Part shown: piece by piece, positions 24,801-38,400 of the stretch
How the letters are laid out: the number at the start of each line of letters is the position of its first letter
How positions within the stretch are numbered: position 1 is the first letter of the stretch
NCBI RefSeq assembly: GCF_006345805.1
Contig: NC_043000.1
Span: forward strand, 154,194,001 to 154,258,000
DNA: 64,000 nucleotides
Source of the DNA: Octopus sinensis
Lineage: Eukaryota
Direction: 5' to 3'
The notes under the pieces: generated by a model
The model's database searches: none
What the model saw: the letters and a program-made list of their open reading frames with translations, nothing else
Told to the model about the DNA's origin: nothing
Program-made: the position numbers and the translations under genes

Positions 24801-27800
24801 GCTTACACTCTGTCATGTATGTACTCTGGAATTACACATCCAGTGGAGCATACTAGCTTCATTCCTTGCAAGCTTAAGCATGTCCTCAGCAGTTACGGCC
24901 CATGTTTCACTGCCATGTAGCATGGCTGTTCGCACACATGCGTCATATAGTCTACCTTTTACTCTGAGTGAGAGCCCCTTTGTCACCAGCAGAGGTAGGA
25001 GCTCTCTGAACTTTGCCCAGGCTTTTCTTATTCTAGCAGCTACACTATCAGAGCATCCACCCCTCTGCTGACTTGGTCATCTAGGTAATGGAAGCTATCA
25101 ACTACTTCTAGTTTTGCCTCCTGGCATGTGATGGAAGCTGTTTTCTGCCCCACACAAAAACTATCTTCCCAGTTAGCTTTCCTTTGATATTGCTGTACCT
25201 CTTATATGTCCATAGCTTACACCGGGTACATCTCATGGAATTTCTTCCTATGTCTTTTCTACAAATCGAGCAGGGCCATCTACCTGAAGGGATTTGTGAT
25301 TTGTCTACCTTACTACTTATTAAGACTTTGGTTTTTGCTAGCTTGACTCTAAGCCCCTTCGATTCTATGTCCTGATTTCAAACTCTTTCAGAGATTCATA
25401 AGTAATATTCTGTGAAATGCAGTAGAAACACCATGTAAAGTCAGTGAATTGTTCAGGTAATTTGTTAGATGTAATGTTACCCATCTTTATGTTTCACTCA
25501 GTACTGCCATGGATAATCTTTGGACAGTTCTAGTACTCTAGGCAACACTTTTCCAGTATTCAGATAATGTCCAGTCCTTCATGCCAGCAAATTTCTTCTC
25601 AACTACAACTTTAATCTTTATGCTCTCCAACAACAGTGACTCTTCACCAGTAGATCAAGCTGTCCCTGGAAGAGGGAGACATAAAAAAATTGCAAACCCA
25701 TGGAAAACGAACTGCCACCAACTATTCTGCCTATATGTCTGTGCACACCTTTCAATGCCATGTATGCTACAAGGTCTACAAATCTAACGGAGGCCTCAAA
25801 AGACATTTTAAGATCCACAAAGATCAGAACTGCAGCTCTTTGTGGTCCAAATCAGATATGCAATCTGTGCGGGGTGTCTTTTCAAAACATTGTCTGGTTT
25901 AAAAAGGCCATCAGATTCCATGATGGTTTTAAGGTGTAGGTATAGGAGGTAGTCAAACTCTGCATTGGGAGTAGACAACCACCATATATATGGTAGTAGA
26001 AAACAGTGAGAATAAATATTCAGCACTAAATTAATGGATAAATACTTTATATATTTAGGAATTTTCAGCATTACTTTTGGTTTCATGCTTTATAATTCTA
26101 TATTTTATTGTGAAGACCCCCTTTGGTCATGAATGACCATAGGATTGCATGTAGAAAGTTCCCCTCCCAGACACAAGTCTGGGCTAGGTTATTTATGAAA
26201 GACCAGCAGTTGCCCATGCATGCCAGCCTTCCTTCCCCGTGACACTGATGTCATCCATGGGAATGGCAAAGGGGCCGAAACAGAATGGCACCGGTAACGT
26301 CGCAACTCATTTCTACAGCTGAATGAACTGGAGCAATGTGAAATAAAGTGTCTTGCTCAAGAACACAACACAGTCGGGCCCAGGAATCAAACTCACTACC
26401 TCATGATTGTGAGCCCAATGCTCTAACCACTAAGTCACATGCCTTTATTGTACACCACCTAGTATGTGAAGTTACATGAAATATCATATAACCAAATCCA
26501 AAACAGAGATAGTGTCACCACCATTTTATAAATAGAGTATTTGAAAGTTGCAAATTCATCATCATCATCATCATCGTTTAATGTCTGCTTTCCATGCTGG
26601 CATGGGTTGGACGATTTTGACTGAGGGCTGGCGGACCAGATGGCTGCACCAGGATCCAATCTTGATCTGGCTGAGTTTCTACAGCTGGATGCCCTTCCTA
26701 ACGCCAACCTCTCCAAGAGTGTAGTGGGTGCTTTTTACATGCCACTGGCACAGGGCCAGTCAGGCTGTACTGGCAACGACCTCGCTCGAATCTTTTTACA
26801 CATACCAGTAAGGCAATGCTGGTAATGATCACGCTTGAATGGTGCCTTTTACGTGCCACCGACACAGAAGCCAGTTAGCCGCTCTGGCAATGATCACGCT
26901 CAGATGGAGCTCTTGGCACCTTACTAGCACAGGCACAAGTGCCAGTAAGGTGACACTGGTAATGATCACAGTTGAATGGTGCCTTTTATGTGCCACTGGC
27001 ATGGAAGACGGTTAGCCGCTCTGTCAACGATCACACTTGTATGGTGCTCTTCGCACCTCGCTAGCACGGATGCCAGTCATCGAATTTGATTTTGATTTCA
27101 CTTGCCTCAACAGGTCTTCGCAAGCAGAGTTTAGTGTCCAAAGAAGGAAAAGGTACGCATCTAATATAAAGCATAAAACCTAAAGTAATGAAGAAAACCC
27201 ACAATTAAATGTATACATACATATATAATAGGCTATTCAAAATTAAGTAGCTTTACTTGAGACTCAATGCAATGCTTGCCCTGAAATAAGAATTGTCACT
27301 CCATTTGGTTCAATATCCTTACAAAGTTTGTTAGCTATGACTGAGATTTTCTGTACCAAATTGCAATATTCTAGTCTTAAGGTATGTATATTATTTAATC
27401 CTGTAGGTTTTAATGTTCGCATTAGTGGTCAAGATGTTGGTCGGGGAACCTTTAGTCATCGTCATGCAATGATTGTTGACCAAGAGTCTGATGATATCTA
27501 TATACCACTGAATCATATATCATCTGACCAGGTTGGTTACTTTGAGGTAAGTAACATTACATAATCTTTATATATTTTTTCTACATGTTTCCTAGGCGTA
27601 TACCAGGAATATCTTGTGTGTGTCCATATCTTTGTTTATGATTACCAGTAAAATAGCCAGTGTTGTATTTTTAAAAAATGGCAATTAGGTGCAGGAGCGG
27701 CTGTGTGGTAAGTAGTTTGCTTACCAGCCACATGGTTCCGGGTTCAGTCCCACTGCGTGGCACCTTCGGCAAGTGTCTTCTACTATAGCCTCGGGCCGAC

Positions 27801-30800
27801 CAAAGCCTTGTGAGTGGATTTGGTAGACGGAAACTGAAAGAAGTCCGTCGAATATATGTGTATATATATATATATATGTGTGTTTGTGTGTCTATGTTTG
27901 TCCCCCCAACATCGCTTAACAACCGATGCTGGTGTGTTTATGTCCCAGTAACAGCGGTTTGGCAAAATAGACCGATAGAATAAGTACTGGGCTTACAAAG
28001 AATAAGTCCTGGGGTCGATTTGCTCGACTAAAGGCGGTGCTCCAGCATGGCCACAGTCAAATGACTGAAACAAGTAAAAGAGTAAAGAGCAATATCAAAC
28101 TTATGACTATCTTTCACTAGACTATTCAAATTCACTAGCAAATGATTCAGGAATTTCCGAAAGCTAAAGAAAAGAATTTCTTTTGTGAGAAAATGCTGAT
28201 GGATTCACTTGGGGCTATAGTAGAAGATACTCAAGGTGCTGCACTCTGGGACTGAACCCAAAACTCTGCGGTTACATAGTAGGCTTATTAACCACATAAA
28301 GTAGATAAAATCTACTATTGAAGTCTTTTTTGACTATAAATACAATGCATTGCTGGTGACAGAATATGAACCTCGCCGATGTGTTGGTAACTTTTTCAAC
28401 ATCTTATTGGCATAAACATCTACAAATTCTAAAATAATTTACTAGAATCATCGTTTAGATTTTATTCTTTCTCGGTTTTGTATCAGAATTTTGTACAAAA
28501 ACCACTGAGAATCTGTAATTTTGTTGGTGGCAGCAGTCATAGTATTGTTTATTTGTAATTTTGTTTGCTTTTAAAGGCAGCTAACAGTGTTCTATCAGAG
28601 GAAGCAGTGCTTGGTTTTGAATATGGCATGAGTCTGGAGCACCCTAAAAACCTTGTCATTTGGGAAGCTCAATTTGGTGATTTCTTTAATGGAGCTCAGC
28701 CTATCATTGACACATATGTAACGAGTGGAGAAAGTAAGTATACCGTTTTTTTGTTTTTTAAGAAATCTGTTATTTATTTATATGTTAGTTAGTTAATTTT
28801 TTGGCTCAAAAAGCAAAAGCAAGGCCATGTAGGGGGACATGGAGTTATGTACAGGGTGGTGTTCATGTAAAGAGTTCAGGCCACTAGTGGTCAAGGGAGA
28901 CTTTGAACCGAGCGGTCGTCGGCATCTTCACTATCTCGTCTGGCAGCTTATTCCACGGATCCACAACCCGGACGGAGAAAGCCCCTCTACTTCGATTGAG
29001 ATGAAATCGTCGCAGATAGAGCTTTTCGGAATGACCCCGCAGCCGACGCTCTGGAGCAGGAGTGAAGAACAGCTCTTTCGAGAGGTTACACTTTCCGCTT
29101 ATGATGTTGTGAGCAAGAATGAGATCACCACGGTGGCGGCGTTTTTCTAGAGAATAAAGGTCGAGCGTCTTCAGCCTTTCTTCATATACAAATTCTTGAG
29201 ACCAAGAACCATGCGGGTAGCCAGCTTCTGGACTCTTTCGAGATTCTGTATGTCTTTGAGGAGATAAGGAGAAGAGTCTTGAATCCCGTACTCCAATATG
29301 GGTCTCACCAGCGTGATATAGAGCGGCATATATTTATTTCATACGTTTTCCTTTTCTAGCATTTATAAGAGAGTATATTTTAGAGCAATTGTTATTACAG
29401 GTGGATGTCTTTTCTACAGCTAATCCATTCAACTGTGGACTTAGATGAGTCAATAAAAGAAACCTTTGTTAATCACTCTATGCATTCTAAAAGTAGTGCC
29501 CAAATTTCTCTCAAATAATACAGAACCCTACCGCTTTCAAAAAAAAAGGACACATTAGATAATGTATTTTTAGAGGTATACCCTTGAAAAAAAACGGGTA
29601 GTCATAACTAGAATACTTTTGTTCATAGATCTATTCATTCAGAGTTAACCACCTGCTAAACAACCGTTCACCGACAAATTGAGACAGGTAGAGTTATGTC
29701 CCTTGTGCAGTATCACCATAGCCAAAGCACGATTTCAACATACGATGTGTTATCTCTGTAGTTGTAATTAGTTCTGCACATTAATTTTATGACTATCGAG
29801 TCGTAGCTTTTATATAGGTGTATATTAGTTTACGTATTTTAGGTTTTTATTTATTTTCGTTTATGATATAGACAATTTTCTCCATATTAAATTGTAAATT
29901 GTAAATTATCAACTATCTTACAAACAATAACTCTGAGCACCTTTTCAAACTCCACCCATCTAACACCCATGGACATATTTACAAAGTCAGAAAACAGCAC
30001 AGCTCCCATAACTTTCAGAAACATTTTTTCACACTAAGAGTTGCTGAAGCATGGAACAAACTCCCGGCATCAGTTGTTAGTTGTTGGAGCACTGCATCCT
30101 TCAAAACTTCCATGCTTCCTGGGATTCGCCAACACTACACCTGATTTTCTCCCTTCCATACACACACAAGAATGTATCTGACTCATGCATTGTTTGCTTT
30201 CCAGACATTTGTACATTAAGGCACATGCTTTATATGCACTTTTGATAAGTTGTGGTGCACCTGAGCACTGTACACAATAATTTCATATCATATTCATATT
30301 ATATTAAACTGGTTGTGCCCTCACATAATGAAACATATTTACAATGAACATTACACACTCATGCGTGCACACATTCACCCTCACGTGTTTGCTTCTATAA
30401 CCACAGGGGTTTACTACAAAAAGACTGGCAACAGTACACGAAGATACAGGGTGTGAGTACATAAAAAAAAAAATATTTAAATAAGACCCATGCTAGCATG
30501 GAAAGCGGACGTTAAACGATGATGATGATGAGAAATAACAGAAACAAAAATTGAAAAAATTCTCCAAATGAAGGAAACCTGTGGGCTCCTCGTGGAAACC
30601 CTACAAAAATTACTCTCACCCTGACTACTAAAGCAAGTACCCTGTCCTTAGCTGTTCTACTGTATAGGCACAGGGCCTACGCACTCAGACCATGCTTAAC
30701 ACTCTCTTCCTTCTTTCAACAAATTTCATAGGAGGCAGCACTTCCCTCTAGACCAGTGGTTCCCAACCAATTTTAGGCCATGCTTCATTGAATCATTTCT

Positions 30801-32373
30801 AAAATCCTGAAGGGTCTAGAGTCTAGACCCTTACTTTCTTTTTCAAGTAAAACTGAAAACAGTTGTTGGATTTATTGCCAAAGGGTAAAGTCCCTATCTT
30901 ACACCCTTTCAGTCTCATCCATGCATGATCTCCTTTGCCTAGGCTGCTAAACAGATAAAAACTGCCTGCCCTTCCTGGCTAAATGAAGGTTTTGACTTAA
31001 GTGCAGTAGAATTATTTGTCTTACCCACACATGAAAAGCAGTGTTGGTTGGTGTGTAGCTTCAAGTTAGCTATGACTGGTGTTTATTAATATAGTCCCTG
31101 TAACTCGGCTGTTCTGCTAACATTTCTATCTATTTATACCTTAGTTATTTCTAAGTTTTTCTTAAGCAGTATTGGGATGTAAGCTCAGCAAAATAATTGA
31201 ATCTAAGTCTAAGCAATTTTACATTTGTTTAATTCATAGTTTAGAAAATTCCAGAATACATTACTGACTTTTTTTTGGCTTCCTATCAGAATGTTCTTGA
31301 ATTTATGTATGTCTTCTTCAGCAAAATGGCTACTTCAGAGTGGTTTGGTGATGTTACTTCCACATGGTTTTGATGGTGCTGGACCCGAACATTCTTCATG
31401 CCGTATTGAACGATTCTTACAGGTAAAATATCTAGTTCATTAGTCAGACAGTGTTAATGACTATAATGAGAAAAGAAGTTGTGTTGATTATTATGGTTAT
31501 TAATTTTAAAAAATGATTTTACAGTAAATGCTAGTTTGCACTTAGCCTCACTGTTAATATCATTAGTATTACTACTGTTATGTTCTTTATCATCATCATC
31601 ATCATCGTTTAACGTCCGCTTTCCATGCTAGCATGGGTTGGACGATTTGACTGAGGGCTGGCGAACCAGATGGCTGCACCAGGCTCCAATCTTGATCTGG
31701 CAGATTTTCTACAGCTGGATGCCCTTCCTAACGCCAACCACTCCAAGAGTGTAGTGGGTGCTTTTACGTTCCACTGGCACGGGGGCCAGTCAGGCGGTAC
31801 TGGCTACAACCTCGCTTGAATCTTTTTAAACATGCCACTGGTACAGGTGCCAGTAAGGCGATGCTGGTAACGATCACGCTCGAATGGTGCCTTTTACTTG
31901 CCACCGGCACAGAAGCCAGTTAGCTGCTCTGGCAACACTCACGCTCGGATGGTGCTCTTTATATATATATATATATATATATAAGGCGCAGGAGTGGCTG
32001 TGTGGTAAGTAGCTTGCTTACGAACCACATGGTTCCGGGTTCAGTCCCACTGCGTGGCACCTTGGGCAAGTGTCTTCTGCTATAGCCTCGGGCCGACCAA
32101 AGCCTTGTGAGTGGATTTGGTAGACGGAAACTGAAAGAAGCCCGTCGTATATATGCACATATATATATATATGTGTGTGTGCGTGTATATGTATGTGTGT
32201 GTTTGTGTTTGTCCCCCCAACATTGCTTAACAACCGATGGTGGTGTGTTTATGTCCCCGTAACTTAGCGGTTCGGCAAAAGAGACCGATAGAATAAGTCC
32301 TGGGGTCGAGTTGCTTGATTAAAGGCAGTGCTCCAGTATGGCCACAGTCAAATGACTGAAACAAGTAAAAGAG

Positions 32374-32406
<33 letters not shown>

Positions 32407-35400
32407 TTGATAGCTAACTTTTATAAATTATATTTCATATTTTTTCTACGTCAGTCATCTTTTTCATATTTGTTTGTCAAACCTTCAGGCTTCTCAGCCA
32501 TATATATATATATATATTTCTCTTTTTAATTATGTCAGTTAAGCTAATTTCAACAGATAGCCTGTGGCCTCTCCGGGTTAGCATTTACCTGGTTTTCTAT
32601 CACTTAATTTCTTGAAATTGTACGATCAAACATTGTTAGTTATCTATCATGATTGAAGATTCCCACCTGCGAGTGGATACCTGTATGTGATGAGTTGAGT
32701 GTAAAATGAACTGTTGCAACCTCATCCTCACTTGCAACTTGAGTCAGAACCCAGAGCTTGAATCCAATGACAAGTCAAACCAATTAGAAAATTAGTACCA
32801 GAGTCAATTTTACACACTCACAGAAGGGATTGAACTTAGAATTGTGAACAATAAGGGACTTACCAAATTTACAGCTCTCCTTACTCTCTCATACTTATTT
32901 ACAGCCTAGTAAACCAAATCATTCTCTTTTACTCTTTTACTTGTTTCAGTCATTTGACTGTGGCCATGCTGGAGCACCGCCTTTAGTCGAGCAACTCGAC
33001 CCCGGGACTTATTCTTTGTAAGCCCAGTACTTATTCTATCGGTCTCTTTTGCCGAACCGCTAAGAAACGGGGACATAAGCACACCAGCATCGGTTGTCGA
33101 GCAATGCTAGGGGGACAAACACAAACATACACGCACACATATATATATACATATATATACATATATACGACGGGCTTCTTTTAGTTTCCGTCTACCAAAT
33201 CCACTCACAAGGCTTTGGTCGGCCCGAGGCTATAGTAGAAGACACTTGCTCAAGGTGCCACGCAGTGGGACTGAACCCGGAACCATGTGGTTGGTAAACA
33301 AGCTACTTACCACACAGCCACTCCTGCGCTAAATTTCTTTGTTACAGACTCAATACAAGTTAAAAGCACCCAGTACACATGTAAGCTGATTAGCTTTAGG
33401 AAGGGCATCCAGGTGAAGAAACCATACTAAAGCGTGACACTAGAGCCTTGCAGCTAGATGTATCTTGTTAAACTGTCTAACCTATGCCAGTGTGGGAAAT
33501 GGATGTTAAATGAAGATGATGGCAGAATCTGAACCATTTAAATGATTCATCCTTTAGAAGGAACAGTTGTTTGTTCCTTCTCAAGCCACGCCTGGCTCAT
33601 AAGGGCCGGTTTCCTGATTTCCTTGGCGTATAGGTTCCCCACCTGGACGGGACGCCGGTCCGTCGCAGGTGAGCTGCAAGATGTAGGAAGAAAGAGTGAG
33701 AGAAAGTTGTGGTGAAAGAGTTAGCAGAAGTTTCGCCATTACCTTCTGCCGGAGCTGCGTGGAGCTTAAGTGTTTCGCTCATAAACATACACATCGCCCG
33801 GTCTGAGATTCGAATCCATGATCCCTCGACCACGAGTCCACTGTTCTAACCACTAGGCCATGTGCCTCCACATTTAAATGATTCAGATTCTGTCATCATC
33901 TCATCAAATATCTTATCCAATCAGCTATCTTATCTATAACATTCATTAAAGAAAATATTTTAAGAATTAAAAAAACAATTTTTTTTTTTATTTTGCTTAA
34001 GCTTCATCAATTTTTTAATTATCATTTAAATATAATTATTTTTCTCTTTTGTTATTTTATTATGTAGCTTTGTGATAGCAAGGAGGATGCTATTGATAGT
34101 GACCATGTTAATATGGAAATAGTTCATCCCACAACATCTGGTCAGTATTTTCACCTGCTCCGCAGACAGGTAAGTTTATCTAAATTATGAGGTTACAGAC
34201 ATGTTTAACAGTGCCATATCATCAATAAAATATTTCTATAGATACTCATACTAGTTTATTAGAGCAACAGAATACTCTCTAGTGTGGCAAAATCTATTTT
34301 AGTCCAAAGTGGTGACAGTGATTCCACTTTGTTCCCATGTTAGTTGTTTGTTTATTAGGAAAGTTTGGTCATAATTTTAAGTGATATTCTGATAAATAAG
34401 CAATGACTGTCATTAAACTGAATATGACTGTAATCTTAGAAATCATTAGGTTTCATATCTATCCTGATTGTTATTGTTGTTTTGGGTAACCCCAAATTTC
34501 TTTCGATGTTTTGCCTATGGCCATTTAATTTTTTACTGTAAGGTAGATTGTTCCAAGATTTAAGACTATATGCTATTGTGACAGTTTCTTTGAAGGGAAC
34601 AGGAATAAATTAAAAATTCTATTGTTGATAATCGAAATCTTAAAACTAGTTAGTCAAACTTGCGAAAAAAGTATTCTTTTTATAGTTGAAATCTTAAAAT
34701 TCTTATAGTCAAACATAAAAAAAATCTTCGTTTATGTGTGTTGGAATTCTTGGATTAATTATTAACATTTTGTATAAGGCTGTATGATTCTTAGAGAATG
34801 ACCTCCCTTGAATTTTCAGATTTCATTTCACTTTGTGAAAAAAAAAGAAATATGGTAAGAAATTGACAGATTTCAGTCAATGGATCTTTATACATAATAT
34901 ACATATTTCAAAACATTTATTTTTTTCTTATAAATTTTAAGCTCAGAGTTCAAGACTATTATCATCTCTTCTCTGTAGTGTTTTGATTGTTAAAGACACA
35001 AAATTTATTGGATTTTTTTTGTTAGTTAGCTGCAATTACCAATGTCATATTCACTACTCCTGATACTTTTCGGTGCTTTCCAAAACTTTAAACTTTTCTT
35101 CTATTCTTAGTCAAAAAGACTTTAAAATCTGCTCATTTTGTTTCTTTGAATCACATGCAATTTAACTAACTCTGTTATAAATTCCTCCTTTTGAAGCATA
35201 GATAATAGTTTATGTTTATTAGCACTAGCATCATAATGTGCACCTCTGTTATCCATTGGATAACATTTGAAAGGCTAAAATTCAATTAAATATTAGAAAT
35301 TAGCAAGACTTAATCACTGATATAATAATAATATTCTGCTCAATACCACAGATTTGCTTGTCAGTTGTTTGACCTTAACCATTTGAGTATGTCCCTTAGT

Positions 35401-38400
35401 GGCTAACAACATGTGCATCTATGATCACGGGCAGAAGTAGTTGGGGAGCATCATAGCTATGTGTTGAGAGGAATTCTCTGGGGTTTGAATAATTCACCTC
35501 GGGAAACATGGGTGTTTCATTCAACATCCTTAAACAACCTTTATTCAGAGACCTTTTCAGCGGAAGGGCTACTCAGCCTGAAGAAAATTCTAACTGGACC
35601 CCACCTGCAAGGTCATGTGCTGTTTACTTTGATATGAGATCACCATGTTGCACACATATGGTTGTGATACATGTGCCTGACGTACCCTTATCCTGTTGAA
35701 CTATTTAACCCATACCAGCATGGATAATGATAATAACAATTGATAATGATCGATTAATTGATTGATTTTTCACTTCAAGTAATTCTAAGTTTTGTTTTGT
35801 TTCTAAATATGTCTTAAGGCGGCAGCCTATGAAACATATCAATATTATATAGTTGACATGAGTTAACTATTAGACCGATTTTTACTATTTCATTTTATTG
35901 ACAATTATTGTTTGGAGGTTTGTTATTGGAAATAAAAGTCAAATTTCTGGAAACCTTGCATACATTGAAACTCCGACGTCTGGCAGCTGACTTGGCAGAC
36001 ACCCATAAAATTATTAACCATCTTACAAACAATAACTCTGAGCACCTTTTCAAACTCCACCTGTCTAACACCCATGGTCATGTTTACAAAGTCAGAAAAC
36101 AGCACAGCTCCCATGACTTAAGGAAACATTTTTCTCACGCTGAGAGTTGCTGAAGTATGGAACAAACTGCCGGCATCAGTTGTTAGTTGTTGGAGCACTG
36201 CATCCTTCAAAACTTCCATGCTTCCTGAGATTCGCCAACACTACACCTGATTTTCTCCCCTCCATACACACACAAGCATGTATCTGACTCATACGCTGTT
36301 CACTTTGCAGACTGCATATGCTTTTTACGCACTTTTGACAAGTCGTGGTGCACCTGAGCACTGTATACAATAATTTCATCATTATTATTGTTATTATTTT
36401 AATGTTGACAGAATGAAACTGAAATCTTTATATATAAAAGTAAGGTTGTGTGTCTGTCTCCTACGATTTAGATTCCTAACTACTCCCACATTTTGCGGTG
36501 CAGTTTAACCAAAACCGGGTATCTTATAGTCGTGATTCATATCGAGCCCTTCTGGGTATTAGCGCGCGTCTACGATGAGTCTACGATTTAAAAGAAAATT
36601 TACCATAATTTTTTTTCCATTTTAATGCATTTTTTCGCTATTATATAAGGGAAGTAACTCTCTAAAAATGTCTACGATGAGTCAACAATTAAAAAAAAAT
36701 TTATAATTTTTTTTCCATTTTTAATGCATTTTTTGGCTATAACTCTCTAAAAATGCTTATATAGTTATTTCCCTTACAAGCCCGAGCAACGCCAGGCGAT
36801 ACTGCTAGTAAGTTTATAATCAAGTTTCACAGTGAACTGTAGCACACACTACACAGTGGTTGGCACTTCTTAGAATTTCATTGTGGTTTACGGAACCTAG
36901 TGTCTCCATAAAATCTATTTTCTGTTTTTCAGTCTTGTATTTCTAATATATTTCTCAAGTAAATTCACATATTTCCATTGCAGATGGTGAGAAATTACCG
37001 CAAACCCTTAATAGTTGCAGCACCAAAAACTTTGCTGAGACTTTCCAGTGCAGCTTCTTCTCTACTTGACATGGCACCTGGAACTTGCTACCAACCTGTC
37101 CTAGGAGACATCAAAGTTAACCCAGAGTCTGTTACTAGATTAGTGTTTTGTTCTGGCAAACATTTCTATGCATTAAACAAACAAAGAGATGCTTCAAACA
37201 GTCACAATGTTGCCATTATTAGGCTGGAAGTAAGTAAGAGTTTATTTCTTCTGTTCTGAACTTTTACATTCTGAATATTTGGGTACAGATTTGGCCGTGT
37301 GGCAAAAAGGTTTGCTTCTCAGTTACATGGTCTCAGGTTCACTCCCACTACATGGCACCTTGGGTGAGTATCTTCTACTATGGCCCTGAAGCTAACCAAA
37401 GCCTTGTGAATGGATTTGGTTGACAGAAACTGAAAGAAGAAAAGGCGGTGAGCTGGCAGAAACGTTAGCACGCCGGGCGAAATGCTTAGCAGTATTTGGT
37501 CTTTCGCTACGTTCTGAGTTCAAATTCCACTGAGGTCAACTTTGCCTTTTATCCTTTCAGGATCGATTAAATAAGTACCAGTTACGCACTGGGGTCAATA
37601 TAATCGACTTAATCCACTTGTCTGTCCTTGTTTGTCCCCTCTGTGTGTAGCCCCTTGTGGACAGTAAAGAAATAAGAAACTGAAAGAAGCCTTGTGTGTG
37701 TATGTATGTGTTACTGTCTCCTTGCCTTGATTTCTTGTGATGGTTGTAAATGAGTGTCACTGTCATACAAGCAGTGTTCTTCACTTGCAATCTTCCATGA
37801 AAACATATCTAATGACGGGGGATATATAACCTTACTTGGAAACGGTTGAGGGTTGGTGACAGGAAGGGTATCCAACTGTAGAAAATCTGCCTCATTGAAT
37901 TTCATCTGACCCATGCAAACATGAAAAAGTGGATCTTAAAACAATCTGTAGAAATAAAACCCACAACGGTACATTCGATAATTGGAGACCTTCTGAAGAA
38001 TTTTGTAGTTATTAGGGGTACAAAATACCCTCTTTATTCCATGCTTATGGAAGAATTAGTATTCATTTAATACTTACTGGAGAATTAGTTCTACCAGTTA
38101 CAGTTGTACTCTCTTTTTTACTCTTTTACTTGTTTCAGTCATTTGACTGAGGCCATGCTGGAGCACCGCCTTTAGTCAAGCTAATTGACCCCGGACTTAT
38201 TCTTTGTAAGCCTAGTACTTATTCTATTGGTCTCTTTTGCCGAACTGCTAAGTTATGGGGACGTAAACAAACCAGCATCAGTTTTCAAGTGATGCTGGGG
38301 AGACAAACACAGACACACAAAAAATATACACACACATACATATACATATATATACATATATATGACAGGCTTCTTTCAGTTTCTGTCTACCAAATCCACT

